Source: a virus. Taken from it: 64,000 nt of DNA. The stretch is from positions 4,626-68,625 of the IMG/VR virus record IMGVR_UViG_3300050821_002050. The stretch is one strand, 5' to 3'. Positions 18,729 to 28,457 of this stretch are shown here, in pieces. Numbering within the stretch: position 1 is the first letter of the stretch; each line of letters starts with the position of its first letter. Under the pieces are notes generated by a model, which was given only the letters and a program-made list of their open reading frames with translations, did no database searches and was not told where the DNA came from. A program made the translations under genes and the position numbers.

Positions 18729-21475
18729 GTTTGCGCCATTGCTTTGACAGAGGTACCGATCTGGATGTTCGAGATCGGCACGCGCGCCTCAACTTCGAAC
18801 TGCCACGTTTCATTCTTGAAGCCTGACGGGATGCGGAGAAGCTCTTGGATGTTGCGGATTTCACGCTGCATCACGAGGTTACCGCCCGCGTAGACGCGGA
18901 TGATCCCGTACTGCCCCGCTGCTAGGGCGTTCCACGATGGGTCGTTAAACGGCGCGGTGTTGCGCGTGGCGCTTTGCGCAGGTGTGCCCGGTGGGATGTC
19001 GAACCAGATACGCATGGCCGAGAAGTTCTTTTTGCTTCTTTGCTGGAAGAGTTTGCTCCTCCACTTGTATGTTTGCATAACCGGAGCCGGATCGCTGAAG
19101 TCGTAATAGTACACACCGGTACCTTGCATGACGAGACACACCGCAGACCAAGGATCGAGGCGAACGTTGTAAACGTCGAGTTGGTTTGGGCCAGTGAGCT
19201 TATTGAAGCCCAGACGATGTCCACCGGGCTGCGGCCATATCGAAAAGCTCTGAGCATCCGATGCATTAAGCTCGATCGTGAAGCCCTGTTGCGCGACGCT
19301 GTTGTCCCCATTGCGAACCGTCCCCATTGAGAAGTAGCTCGACACGAGGAAGACAGAGCGCAGGTTCTTCTGCGGCGAATTCTGCTGCCATTTCTCGCGC
19401 GTGATCCAAAGCTCGGACGTGTTGGTCACGGAGCCGAACTGCGTGACGAGGATCAATCCGTTCGGCGAGGTGTAGTACACACCGTCGTTGTTGCCGAGGA
19501 TCGACCCACGCGAGTGGCAGGGCTCACTGACTTGAATTTTCTGCGCCGTCATGGCCGCAGGAGAGGAGCCGCTGGCGATGTAGGGCGAGCCCGACGTACA
19601 GGCGACGACGCTGCTCCCTGTGACGCCAAGTCCCACGATGGGATACTCGGTGGTGAGCACATACGAGCCCGGCCACGCATGGGGGCGGTAGGGCTCGCAG
19701 AACCAGATTTCGTTCGCGCGCCAGCCCACAATCATGCCGTTAGGCATCGAGACCATGCCTTGCAGGTCCTCCGGTGGAGGCGTCCACAACTGCGAGGCAA
19801 GCTGGGTGTTCGTCGCCACGAGATCGTCGGTGTTCGTGTCAACGTAGGTCGGCGTCGTGATCAGCAAGTCGCCGAACGGCGCGTTGCCTACGGGGGTAAC
19901 TTGGAAGTATGTGGTCGAACCACCGACGCCAGAAATAGTTCGATAAAGTCGTATTCCGACGAGATTTCGAGTAATTCCGAGTTGGTCTGGAGGAGGTTGG
20001 AATAGCGATACCGTCCACGTGCCATTGCTCCAGCCCGTAACAATCGTCGCTGGCGAAGGCGGGCTCTCCTCGCCATAAGCCGAGATGTACGTGTAGACAT
20101 AGGCGCGCGCCTCCAACACGGACGACGAGGTTAGATCACCCCACAACTGCAGGTCAGGTTTGTTGATCGCGAGGTTGTTGATGACAGGCGGCGGCCCGTT
20201 CGTGAACGTCTGGTTCGAGACCACTCCGTTCAGGCCGGTGTTGTCGGCAAGCTGGATGCCGATGTTACTGTCGAAGATCATACCGATCCAGTACTGCGTG
20301 TTCATCAGCAGTCCGGGAGGATTGACGAACGCGGATAGCGCAGCGGTACCGGCAATGACGCCAGTCGTTATCTGGCCCGTTCCAACCAAGTTGGCCGGGG
20401 TACCATTGTTGTCGGAGTACACCACCGCAGCGTAGTTGCAGGTAGGGTTCGTGACCGTCGGCATGAACGAGACATCGTTCAGGCTCGCCGCGCCAGTCGG
20501 AGTGATCGGGACCAAATAGATTTCATTGGCCCCGGGCGTGAAGCCGCCTGACGACAGCGAGTTCGGATAGCCTAGCTGAAGCGTGTCACCTCCGCCTGTA
20601 ACGACAACACCCGGGGAGCATCCCGGTGCGGGTACTCCCAGCAGCCAAGCAGGCTGTCCTGCCTGCATTCTGGCGCGGGTGTTATAAGTCGGGGCGACGG
20701 ATGGACTGGCGAAGTAAAATCGGTCGAAAAGGTCATCCACAACTGGGCTGCGCATGACATCTGTGTCAGGATCAGCGAACTCCACCCAAGTAGAAGCTCC
20801 TGTGATAGAAGCGTCAAAGGTGAGATTGGTGCCGCCTTGGAAGGTTGTGGTTGCGGCCCCGTTATAGGTCCACTTAAGGCGCGCTCCTCCTGTATTGTCT
20901 GCAACAAGCGTTGAGTTGTACGCAGCGCCAGTGGATGGCGCAAAGACTTCAACGCGATCAGGCCCCGTGGCGAGGATGTTTTTCGTGACGGGTGAGGTTT
21001 GGTCAATAGCTGGGTTAGCAACGGTACCAATGCCATAGAGTGTTCCTTGGTTGACAGCGCTACCGTTGTCGATGGTGATAGCGCAAAAGAAATTGGTCGC
21101 AGTGAGCGCGGTGGTCGCACCGATCTGCACGTCGTAAGCTTGCGAGATCGCGTTGCGGAACGTGTAGACTTCCTCGCCCAGCGTAACCTGATCACCGTCC
21201 AAGGCGTTGGAGATGACCGTGACGATCGCGTTGGCGATATTCTGAGTGATGTTCGGCAGGCGGTACGCGAACTTCGAACCGCCGTTCTGGAATGCGTGAA
21301 GAAGCTTTGGCGTGCGCCAGCCGGCTAGTGCTCCCGAGAACAGATAGCCGTTCTGCGAGAGCACAGACTGCCCGTCGGGGATGAGGTGATCATCCCACGC
21401 CGGGAGCATTCCGCCGAACTGCTGGAGCTTAAATGCCTCGGCGGAGGTTTGCGTTCGTGGCGTTCCGGTTGGCAT
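18725..21475 (-). CDS. Tail tubular B/nozzle-like protein
   Basis: RAYVYTYISAYGEESPPSP, IRLYRT, MPNGMIVG..IWFCEPYRPHAWP and YKWRSKLF motifs typical of podovirus tail stabilisation proteins. Confidence 0.8.
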   Translation of the reverse strand: MPTGTPRTQTSAEAFKLQQFGGMLPAWDDHLIPDGQSVLSQNGYLFSGALAGWRTPKLLHAFQNGGSKFAYRLPNITQNIANAIVTVISNALDGDQVTLGEEVYTFRNAISQAYDVQIGATTALTATNFFCAITIDNGSAVNQGTLYGIGTVANPAIDQTSPVTKNILATGPDRVEVFAPSTGAAYNSTLVADNTGGARLKWTYNGAATTTFQGGTNLTFDASITGASTWVEFADPDTDVMRSPVVDDLFDRFYFASPSVAPTYNTRARMQAGQPAWLLGVPAPGCSPGVVVTGGGDTLQLGYPNSLSSGGFTPGANEIYLVPITPTGAASLNDVSFMPTVTNPTCNYAAVVYSDNNGTPANLVGTGQITTGVIAGTAALSAFVNPPGLLMNTQYWIGMIFDSNIGIQLADNTGLNGVVSNQTFTNGPPPVINNLAINKPDLQLWGDLTSSSVLEARAYVYTYISAYGEESPPSPATIVTGWSNGTWTVSLFQPPPDQLGITRNLVGIRLYRTISGVGGSTTYFQVTPVGNAPFGDLLITTPTYVDTNTDDLVATNTQLASQLWTPPPEDLQGMVSMPNGMIVGWRANEIWFCEPYRPHAWPGSYVLTTEYPIVGLGVTGSSVVACTSGSPYIASGSSPAAMTAQKIQVSEPCHSRGSILGNNDGVYYTSPNGLILVTQFGSVTNTSELWITREKWQQNSPQKNLRSVFLVSSYFSMGTVRNGDNSVAQQGFTIELNASDAQSFSIWPQPGGHRLGFNKLTGPNQLDVYNVRLDPWSAVCLVMQGTGVYYYDFSDPAPVMQTYKWRSKLFQQRSKKNFSAMRIWFDIPPGTPAQSATRNTAPFNDPSWNALAAGQYGIIRVYAGGNLVMQREIRNIQELLRIPSGFKNETWQFEVEARVPISNIQIGTSVKAMAQT

Positions 21476-21482
21476 CTAGCCC

Positions 21483-22055
21483 TCATGTATCAGCCCTGTA
21501 CGTGCCCAATTTTCCGGTAATCGGGTCGGGCACGAGGTCGTTCGGACGATACACGGGGGTGGTAAAGCCTTCCTTAGCGGCCTCGGCGGCGGCATGAGCG
21601 GCCCGTAGACGCTGGGCTTCCTCAAGCTGGGCCTGTGCGCGCTGCTGGGTCTTGCGGCCAGCCTCAAGCTCCTCTTCGAGAGCCGACATCTGTCGCGCGG
21701 TGCGCGGCGGCGGCACGTACTCTCTCGGCTTGGCGGCCTCGGCCTGCCTCTTCATCTGGGCTTCCAACCCCTCGTAGCCCTGCGCGAGGGCCTCCTCAAG
21801 GAGCGCCGGTTTGGGCGGCGGAGGTTCGTTCTGTTGCTGCAGCAACTTGAGTTTGCGAGCGAGGTTCTGTTCTTCAGCCAGAGCCATTTGCTTGGCCGTC
21901 GGCCCTTGCGGAGCCTCCTCCTTCGCCGCGCTCTGATCCATTACTTCCTGCTGGGTCGGTGCCATTATCGTCTCCTTTTGCGCTGTGGGTTGCGCCGTGG
22001 TTGCGTCGTTCAAGTCCACCCTTTGAAAGGGGCGGTGACGGTGTTTCTTTGACAT
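21483..22055 (-). CDS. Hypothetical helical protein
   Basis: 190 aa, Q/E/A-rich, in the late operon. Confidence 0.6.
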   Translation of the reverse strand: MSKKHRHRPFQRVDLNDATTAQPTAQKETIMAPTQQEVMDQSAAKEEAPQGPTAKQMALAEEQNLARKLKLLQQQNEPPPPKPALLEEALAQGYEGLEAQMKRQAEAAKPREYVPPPRTARQMSALEEELEAGRKTQQRAQAQLEEAQRLRAAHAAAEAAKEGFTTPVYRPNDLVPDPITGKLGTYRADT

Positions 22056-22127
22056 GTCTCTTCATCTCCATATCCTCGAATTGTTCGAAGATGGGTCGTG
22101 TTCGCGCCCATAGTCCAATCGGTAGGA

Positions 22128-22319
22128 TCATCGTCCGCGACTGTGGTTGGCCTTCATGCCCTGCAAGGCGAGGTTGGCCTGACGGCCAGTCTTGCCACCA
22201 GCACCCTTCTTCTTGTTGGCGAACTCTTTGGTGCTCATGCCGGCCTTCTTGGCTTTCGCCTTGAACTGGCCGTGCGAGTTGGAGAATGCCTTCTCCATCC
22301 AGTGCGGATCGTTGCTCAT
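22128..22319 (-). CDS. Small basic protein
   Basis: K/A/G-rich 63 aa (HGQFKAKAKKAGMST..QANLA), coupled. Confidence 0.6.
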   Translation of the reverse strand: MSNDPHWMEKAFSNSHGQFKAKAKKAGMSTKEFANKKKGAGGKTGRQANLALQGMKANHSRGR

Positions 22320-22594
22320 ACCCGTTTGTCCTCTTCACATGAAGCGGTGATGGCGATACCCGGAACGGGCGCAACGTCGGCGTTCTCACCCGCATCCTTT
22401 TCGAGCTTCGCGACGAACGTGGACCGCATAAGGTCCGCAAGTTCTTCGCGCTGGTCGCCGTATTCCTCACCCTTCAAGTACGCCTGACACTTGTCGAGCG
22501 TATCGAACGTGAGGATATGATTGACCTTGATGGGCTCGTCGATGACTGGCTCACCGGCAACGATGATGTATACGAGGGCTACGATCATCCACAT
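22316..22594 (-). CDS. Small exported protein in the lysis region
   Basis: Hydrophobic N-terminus and two Cys. Confidence 0.6.
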   Translation of the reverse strand: MWMIVALVYIIVAGEPVIDEPIKVNHILTFDTLDKCQAYLKGEEYGDQREELADLMRSTFVAKLEKDAGENADVAPVPGIAITASCEEDKRV

Positions 22595-22595
22595 C

Positions 22596-23021
22596 TTACT
22601 CTCCTGTTTTGTCCCGATTGAAGTACATGTGGCCCGCAGTCAGGACTGTCCCGGAGCCGAAGAGGCAGGTGATGATGGTGGTAGCCCACGTCGCTACATC
22701 ACCGTGTACGGCAGGCGTTGATCCCCACTGCAGAACATTGTCCCATACGATGACTTTCCATTCGTAGATGATCCACGGGGTCGCGAAACCCACGACTAGG
22801 GCAGATAGGACCCACGATGCCCCGATCACTTTTAGGGCAGATACGCGCGCGTCCTCGGCCTTCGCGGAAGCAGATACAAGCGCCGTCGCCACGGAGACAT
22901 CGCCGCCAATTCGGGCGGCGGTCAATTTCACCTTGCTGTTGAAGTACGTCGCCGTCAGCGACGTAACCATCGTCGAGATGCCGGGGATGCAATTGATGAA
23001 GGCGAGGATTGCTGCGATCAT
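22596..23021 (-). CDS. Putative holin (3TM-holin-like)
   Basis: Several TM segments, two genes downstream of the endolysin. Confidence 0.55.
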   Translation of the reverse strand: MIAAILAFINCIPGISTMVTSLTATYFNSKVKLTAARIGGDVSVATALVSASAKAEDARVSALKVIGASWVLSALVVGFATPWIIYEWKVIVWDNVLQWGSTPAVHGDVATWATTIITCLFGSGTVLTAGHMYFNRDKTGE

Positions 23022-23263
23022 TTGATCTTACCATCTGGTTCGTACTCCGCGTTGCGGCGACGGCCCATCTCAGTGACGAGGTTCGAGAACACGAGCCAGA
23101 ACGTCAGGTACTTCGGGTTGGCGAAGATCGGGGATAGGTCAGTTGCCTGCGCGGCAGCGAAGGCCGCGCCGATGAACATGTTGATACGCGCCCACAAGAT
23201 GGTCTCGGAGCCATGAAACGTGCCGTGCACGTAGTTGTACTTGTCACGGAGGAACTGGATCAT
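23018..23263 (-). CDS. Small membrane protein (lysis accessory or holin)
   Basis: Two hydrophobic segments, coupled to the endolysin. Confidence 0.55.
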   Translation of the reverse strand: MIQFLRDKYNYVHGTFHGSETILWARINMFIGAAFAAAQATDLSPIFANPKYLTFWLVFSNLVTEMGRRRNAEYEPDGKIK

Positions 23264-24045
23264 AGGTGCACCAAATTGTTGGCCGCGTCGGCTTTCTTCT
23301 CTTGGTAGATTTCATACGCGATACCACCAGCGATAATCGCGCCGACGGCTATTGCGGTGGGCACCCAGCCGTAACCTAAGCTGTGGATAGCTGCCCCGGT
23401 GGCTACTGCGCCGCCCGTTGTGGTCTTGCCAGCGGTCTGGGGAACGTGCTTGGCTTTCGGCTGCACCACATGAGACAGGTCCGGGCCATCAGGTGCGGGG
23501 TTCGGGTTGCCGGCTGCTATCCCCCCGGCGTAAGCCCGCAGATCGGCGACCCGACTTCCCCAGCCGTGACCGAACTCGGCCCAAGCCGAGCCCCCTCGTA
23601 TTGCATGCATGAACCGAAGCCGCTCGTCGCACATCTTGTCGACGAACTCCTTCGAATTGGTCGCCATCAGCTTGTCGACCAAAGCCTGATCCATGCCGCC
23701 CGCGCCCAAGGAGAGCAAAGCGCGGGCGACACGGATGGGTCGGGACACACCCGAGTTCACACCGTAGTCGAACATGACAACGTCGATGCCTTTAGGTAGG
23801 TCATTGAAGCGGACACCGTTGGCGTATTTGACGGCGTAAATGGCTTCAGCTTCAGCCAAAGTCATGTTGCGGACAGCGGACGCCCATGCGGCCATCGAAG
23901 TCATCTTCTGACCGCGATGTTCTGCAAGGTCGTAGCAGGTGATGCCATACTTGGTGGGCCCGCCCGGGTCATTTTTATCCCAGCCAAAGCCGCCTTCGTA
24001 CCGACCGATCATCCTGTCGACGAATGGCTTGTAATCCGCCAGCAT
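23260..24045 (-). CDS. Endolysin, glycoside hydrolase family 108 with PG-binding domain and C-terminal TM
   Basis: YEGG..DPGGPTKYGIT, FDYGVNSG, FGHGW..RV; hydrophobic C-terminus. Confidence 0.9.
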   Translation of the reverse strand: MLADYKPFVDRMIGRYEGGFGWDKNDPGGPTKYGITCYDLAEHRGQKMTSMAAWASAVRNMTLAEAEAIYAVKYANGVRFNDLPKGIDVVMFDYGVNSGVSRPIRVARALLSLGAGGMDQALVDKLMATNSKEFVDKMCDERLRFMHAIRGGSAWAEFGHGWGSRVADLRAYAGGIAAGNPNPAPDGPDLSHVVQPKAKHVPQTAGKTTTGGAVATGAAIHSLGYGWVPTAIAVGAIIAGGIAYEIYQEKKADAANNLVHL

Positions 24046-24047
24046 CG

Positions 24048-24329
24048 TTATGCCTTCGGGGCTTCCGCACCATGAACGGCCTCGGCTGCTGGCGCGGGCG
24101 CGGCAACCACGGCGGGCTTGGTGGCAGGGGCGATCTTGGCAACCACGTCAGCCGACGCGGCCTTCAAATCAGCCTTTGCCTTGCTCTCCACTGAGCCGAG
24201 CGCGGTGCGCAGGTCAGACGGAACGCCATTGGCGAAGTCCTTGATCTTCGTGCTGAACAGGACGCCAGCCACGAAAGCGGCGGTAACGGACACTAGGGTC
24301 ACGTTGAAGTAAGCGAGAAACTCGGACAT
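24048..24329 (-). CDS. Membrane-anchored small protein
   Basis: GGAGA RBS; N-terminal TM and Ala-rich tail. Confidence 0.65.
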   Translation of the reverse strand: MSEFLAYFNVTLVSVTAAFVAGVLFSTKIKDFANGVPSDLRTALGSVESKAKADLKAASADVVAKIAPATKPAVVAAPAPAAEAVHGAEAPKA

Positions 24330-24341
24330 TGGTTTTCTCCG

Positions 24342-24641
24342 TTAGGGGGCGACGACGGTGAAGCCCATGGTGTCGATCTTCACCTCGCTGCGAGTGTCCG
24401 AACTAGACACCTGAAGCGTAAACGTCTCGTTAACGGACCCCCCGGCCAGCGTGAAAGCCACACGATTATGTTCGGCAAGCAGGGTGATGGCCGAGATGAC
24501 GATGTCGGTTACGGTCGCCGTAAGGTTGGTGATGGTGGGCACGCCAGTGAGGCTCACGCCCTCCTCCAGCCATCGCGTGTAGTCGATGGTGTATCGGGCA
24601 GTGCCGCCAGCGGTGTGAGCCTTCTGACCAAGGAGCGCCAT
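24342..24641 (-). CDS. Putative fibre-tail adaptor protein
   Basis: YTIDYTRWL..LAGGSVNETF; similar to the N-terminal domain of the 25032 fibre. Confidence 0.6.
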   Translation of the reverse strand: MALLGQKAHTAGGTARYTIDYTRWLEEGVSLTGVPTITNLTATVTDIVISAITLLAEHNRVAFTLAGGSVNETFTLQVSSSDTRSEVKIDTMGFTVVAP

Positions 24642-24643
24642 GC

Positions 24644-24985
24644 TTACACCACGTACTGCTCACCCTCGATGGTGATGGTGAGGGAGGTGGCCGCGCTCGC
24701 GCCGCCGACGAGGAAGTCCGTAGAGAGCATTTTGAGGTTGCCGTACCAGTCATAGACCGAGTTCGCGGCCACGCTCTGGGCGTTGAAGAGTTCGGTGCCT
24801 GCCACGTTGCCGCCAGTACCACCGAGCCAGAGGGAGAACGTCACTGCGCCCGCCGTCTTGTTGACGACGTGGATGTGCTTGATGATGTCGTAAATCAGCG
24901 CCGAGCCCTGATTGTAGACGTTCGTGGTCAACGTATTCGTCAGCGCCAGTGGGCCTGCGGTACGTTTAATTGATGGGTTCGCCAT
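24644..24985 (-). CDS. Small beta-rich virion protein
   Basis: AGGAG RBS; 113 aa. Confidence 0.65.
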   Translation of the reverse strand: MANPSIKRTAGPLALTNTLTTNVYNQGSALIYDIIKHIHVVNKTAGAVTFSLWLGGTGGNVAGTELFNAQSVAANSVYDWYGNLKMLSTDFLVGGASAATSLTITIEGEQYVV

Positions 24986-25031
24986 GACTTTCTCCTGCCT
25001 TTTTCCCTACCAGAAGGGCGTTAATGCTTCC

Positions 25032-26546
25032 TTACGACCACAGTCCTTGGTTCGACTTGCTGTTGAGTTGGATAGGCCAACAGCGGAAGAAGGAGCCGGC
25101 AGCCATGGTTGGGGCAGCCCCGGGAGCGGCAGAGGCGGCTACCTGTGGGATAATCGTTCCGCCAGCATTCACGTTCATCACGCCCCTGAAGTAGATGACA
25201 GTGGTATTGAGCGTGGTGATCGCCGCCGTCATGACCAAGCTGGCTGCGAGCGAGCCCGATTGCGCCATCGAGGCCGCGTTGAGGGCCCCGGTACCGGTCT
25301 CTGAAAACGCCACGACCCGGCCATTCGTGAATGTCGCAGTACCACCAAGCAGGATGCCCCATGTATGCGAAGTCGTGCTGGTGTCCGTGATGATGTAGCA
25401 GCCTTCGAACTCATACTGAGTGTTTCCCTCAACGGTGAGCGCGCCGTTGGTGGTCCCGTTGAGCGCCTTCTGCGCGCCGAGCGCGTTGTTCATGGTGAAG
25501 AGTGATTGCAGAACCATCCAGCTTTCGCCGGGGATACTTCCTACTCCTTGTTGGTTTCCGAATGGCTGCATGGAGAGCCCAGCCATCGCACCGGCCAGCA
25601 GATTGTCATCAGGGATCGCAGGCGCTATGTCGTCGTAGACACTGAGCACAACGGGAGTTGACGCAGGGCCGCCTGCTCCCTGCGGTCCCTGCGGGCCAGT
25701 GTTGCCCGTCGCGCCAACCTGTCCTTGTGGGCCGGGGATGATGAAATCAGACTGCGCACCCGGCGCAATGTCTTCGTCAACGCTATACGCCAACGCACCC
25801 TGCGGGCCCGCAGCGCCGACCGCGCCAGTCGGGCCAGTGTTGCCTGTATTTCCCGTATTTCCTGTATTTCCCGTATTTCCTGTGTTTCCGGTGCTGCCCG
25901 TCGGACCTTGTGGGCCCGGCGCGTAGCTGTCCGCACCGTCAGCGCCATCTACGCCATCGTTTCCCGGAGGGCCTTGATTGCCTGCTGGTCCTGCCGCACC
26001 TGTGCTTCCTGTTGGGCCCGTCGCGCCTGCTCCTGTCGGACCTGTTCCGCCGTTTGCCCCGTTGGTACCAGCAGCGCCCGTCGGGCCTGTAACACTCGCC
26101 CCCGCACTACCGGTGGGCCCGGTACTACCTGCCGAACCGGAAGGTCCCGTAGCTCCTGTATTTGAAGATGTGCCGTCATGTCCTGTCGTCCCTGCTGGTC
26201 CGGTCGGCCCTTGCAAACCGATGATTGATGTGATCGGGGCCGTAGGGCCAGTGACGCCGACGCCCGCATTGTTCAAGATCGTGAAGGCTACATGGTCAAA
26301 TCGTATCTCGCCTCGCGTGGTGTTCTGTTGAAAGATCACGTTGAACATCTCGCCGACCGTGCTGTCGGCGACGTAGTAGTGGAAGCCTTCGTTGTCCCCG
26401 TCTACCGTGACACCGTCGACTACGGCATTGCCGTTGCTTACGGTGGCCGTAACCGTCGTCAACCGCTCGTCGCTCGTCAGCCACGGACAGTCGATGTGGT
26501 AGCGGATACGTTCGCCTACTTGCTGGGATTTGGTGTTGAGGAGCAT
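25032..26546 (-). CDS. Collagen-like tail fibre with adaptor-like N-terminus
   Basis: Long G-X-Y runs (GPT, GNT, GAT) and a globular C-terminus. Confidence 0.85.
   Translation of the reverse strand: MLLNTKSQQVGERIRYHIDCPWLTSDERLTTVTATVSNGNAVVDGVTVDGDNEGFHYYVADSTVGEMFNVIFQQNTTRGEIRFDHVAFTILNNAGVGVTGPTAPITSIIGLQGPTGPAGTTGHDGTSSNTGATGPSGSAGSTGPTGSAGASVTGPTGAAGTNGANGGTGPTGAGATGPTGSTGAAGPAGNQGPPGNDGVDGADGADSYAPGPQGPTGSTGNTGNTGNTGNTGNTGNTGPTGAVGAAGPQGALAYSVDEDIAPGAQSDFIIPGPQGQVGATGNTGPQGPQGAGGPASTPVVLSVYDDIAPAIPDDNLLAGAMAGLSMQPFGNQQGVGSIPGESWMVLQSLFTMNNALGAQKALNGTTNGALTVEGNTQYEFEGCYIITDTSTTSHTWGILLGGTATFTNGRVVAFSETGTGALNAASMAQSGSLAASLVMTAAITTLNTTVIYFRGVMNVNAGGTIIPQVAASAAPGAAPTMAAGSFFRCWPIQLNSKSNQGLWS
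25837..25898. repeat. 9-nt tandem repeat encoding (GNT)n
   Basis: cctgtattt/cccgtattt repeats inside the collagen gene. Confidence 0.8.
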
Positions 26547-26548
26547 CG

Positions 26549-26668
26549 TTATCTCCTCGCGGGTACAACGAACACCTTGTCCTGTGCAGGGACGACGAAT
26601 GCCATATCCTGTGCAGGGACGACGAACACCCTGTCCTGTGGCGGCACATGGAAGACGTTGTCGCTCAT
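26549..26668 (-). CDS. 39-aa repeat peptide MSDNVFHVPPQDRVFVVPAQDMAFVVPAQDKVFVVPARR (not in the ORF track)
   Basis: Translated by hand. 27-nt tandem repeat that fills the gap exactly; in frame with the upstream gene across TAG. Confidence 0.7.
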   Translation of the reverse strand: MSDNVFHVPPQDRVFVVPAQDMAFVVPAQDKVFVVPARR

Positions 26669-26671
26669 GAC

Positions 26672-27283
26672 CTACCCCACAATCGTTGCGCTAGAGATCG
26701 TCGGCAGGACAGGTCCGCTATCCCATGCGGTGAACCCAGTCGGAGGGGTTGACGGCGTTGGATTGAGTGTGGCGTGCGAGGTAGCCGTGGTGAGCCGCGC
26801 ATACGGGAAGAGCGCCGCCGTGAGGGTGCCGATAGTCAGACCACCAATGTTCGCTCCCGGGTCAGCCGAGGCACCGCCGAACGTGCCGTTCCAGTTGCCA
26901 CCGTTTACTCGAAACCAGAACTTGCCGTTCGTGAAGTCAATGCAGAGATCGACCGTGTTCGCACCACCGGTCAAACCGGAGCCCATACCTTGACCACCAG
27001 TGCCGGGAGAGAACGCCGTGTTTGTCTGAATACAGATGATCTGGTTCGCTTGTCCGCCCGAGGCGAGGCCAAGCGTGTCGGCAAGAGAGCCGACGCCGAC
27101 ATAGTCGAGGTTGTCACCTGCGCCTTGAAGGTCGACGCTGGTGAACGAGATCATCCATTTGCCGGAAGACTTTCCAGTCGTTCCGCGCACACCGCCGTTG
27201 CTGGCGCTGTTGCCTGTAGCTATCAGATTGCCACCAGACAACGTGACGTTGGTGAGGTCCCCGGGGTTCCAAGTCGTCGACAT
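26672..27283 (-). CDS. SPRY/ConA-like beta-sandwich protein (receptor-binding or fibre tip)
   Basis: TTWNP..VTLSGGNLIAT..VRGTTGKSSGKW..IDFTNGKFWFRVNG. Confidence 0.7.
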   Translation of the reverse strand: MSTTWNPGDLTNVTLSGGNLIATGNSASNGGVRGTTGKSSGKWMISFTSVDLQGAGDNLDYVGVGSLADTLGLASGGQANQIICIQTNTAFSPGTGGQGMGSGLTGGANTVDLCIDFTNGKFWFRVNGGNWNGTFGGASADPGANIGGLTIGTLTAALFPYARLTTATSHATLNPTPSTPPTGFTAWDSGPVLPTISSATIVG

Positions 27284-28066
27284 TTACGACCTCTGTACGT
27301 GTAGCGAGAGCGTGACCTTCTGGATCGTGGCCGCGCTATCGACGTTGAAGGCGAGGATGTCACCCGCGTTGACCGTCGTGGTCCAACCCGACAGCGTGCT
27401 GTCCTGTGCTTTCGCCGCAGAGCTGATAGTCGGCGGCGTAGACGAAGTGATCTTGTCCGCCGCGACCGGGTGAGTACCCGGCGCGTAGTTCGCGTAGGTC
27501 GTCTTCCAGATGTTGACAACGACAGAGCCGGTTTGATCCGCAAGTAGTTCAGCTTGCGTGATGGTGCAGTTGAACGGCACCTCGATCCACGACTTGAGGC
27601 CAGTGGTGATCGCCGATCCTTGACCGTCGATGACTACTTCGATGCCGAGGGTCTGCGCCGGGCCAGTGGGACCCGTGTTTCCCTGCAAACCAGTAGGCCC
27701 AGTAGGCCCAGTCGGACCACCGTTCGGGCCCGTCGAGCCTGTGTTGCCCGTCGACCCAGTCGGCCCCGTGTTTCCTTGCGTGCCTTGTGACCCCTGCAAG
27801 CCAGTAGGGCCGGTGTTGCCCGTCGGGCCCGGGTTCGAAGGACCAGTGAAACCTGTCTGACCGCGCGGCCCAGTTGGCCCCGTGTTGCCTGTGGGCCCAG
27901 TGCCGATCGGGCCCGTGGGGCCGGTGTTGCCAGTGAAGTTGCCTGCGCCAGTTGCGCCCGTGTTGCCAGTCGGCCCAGTCGGGCCACCAGAGGGGCCTGT
28001 CGGTCCTATAACGACGGCGACGGGTCGCGCGTAGACTGGTGCTGGAGCGTTTACTTGAACCGTCAT
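27284..28066 (-). CDS. Collagen-like fibre protein
   Basis: ATG at 28066; about 40 G-X-T/Q triplets and a globular C-terminus. Confidence 0.85.
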   Translation of the reverse strand: MTVQVNAPAPVYARPVAVVIGPTGPSGGPTGPTGNTGATGAGNFTGNTGPTGPIGTGPTGNTGPTGPRGQTGFTGPSNPGPTGNTGPTGLQGSQGTQGNTGPTGSTGNTGSTGPNGGPTGPTGPTGLQGNTGPTGPAQTLGIEVVIDGQGSAITTGLKSWIEVPFNCTITQAELLADQTGSVVVNIWKTTYANYAPGTHPVAADKITSSTPPTISSAAKAQDSTLSGWTTTVNAGDILAFNVDSAATIQKVTLSLHVQRS

Positions 28067-28067
28067 C

Positions 28068-28457
28068 TTAGGTCTCCGATACACCTTGTTTGATGATCAA
28101 CTTACCGAACATGAGCATCGTGCGGATCGAAGGGCTGGAGCCGTCGTACATGATCAAGTCGTACACGTACTCGCCAACCGGCAACGAAGCGTCGATCACC
28201 GACATCGGCACGTTGAATTGAATGATGCGGTTGATGGCATCGAGGACAACGATCTGGCCGGCGATCGACGTGAACGTGGTGATCGCTACGGCGTCGTCGC
28301 GGCTCGCCTTGACTTCCATTCGGAAGTTCTGACCAGTCAGCACCCATGTATCGGTCGACAGACCGAACTGGATTGCGTCCTGCATCGTGACGTTGCTGTA
28401 CTCGACGAGATCGACTTCGGATGCGGTCTCTACAGCTAGGAAATTGCCGATGGGCAT
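28068..28457 (-). CDS. Fibre attachment protein (BppU-like fold, tentative)
   Basis: [28 protein letters not shown]. Confidence 0.6.
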   Translation of the reverse strand: MPIGNFLAVETASEVDLVEYSNVTMQDAIQFGLSTDTWVLTGQNFRMEVKASRDDAVAITTFTSIAGQIVVLDAINRIIQFNVPMSVIDASLPVGEYVYDLIMYDGSSPSIRTMLMFGKLIIKQGVSET

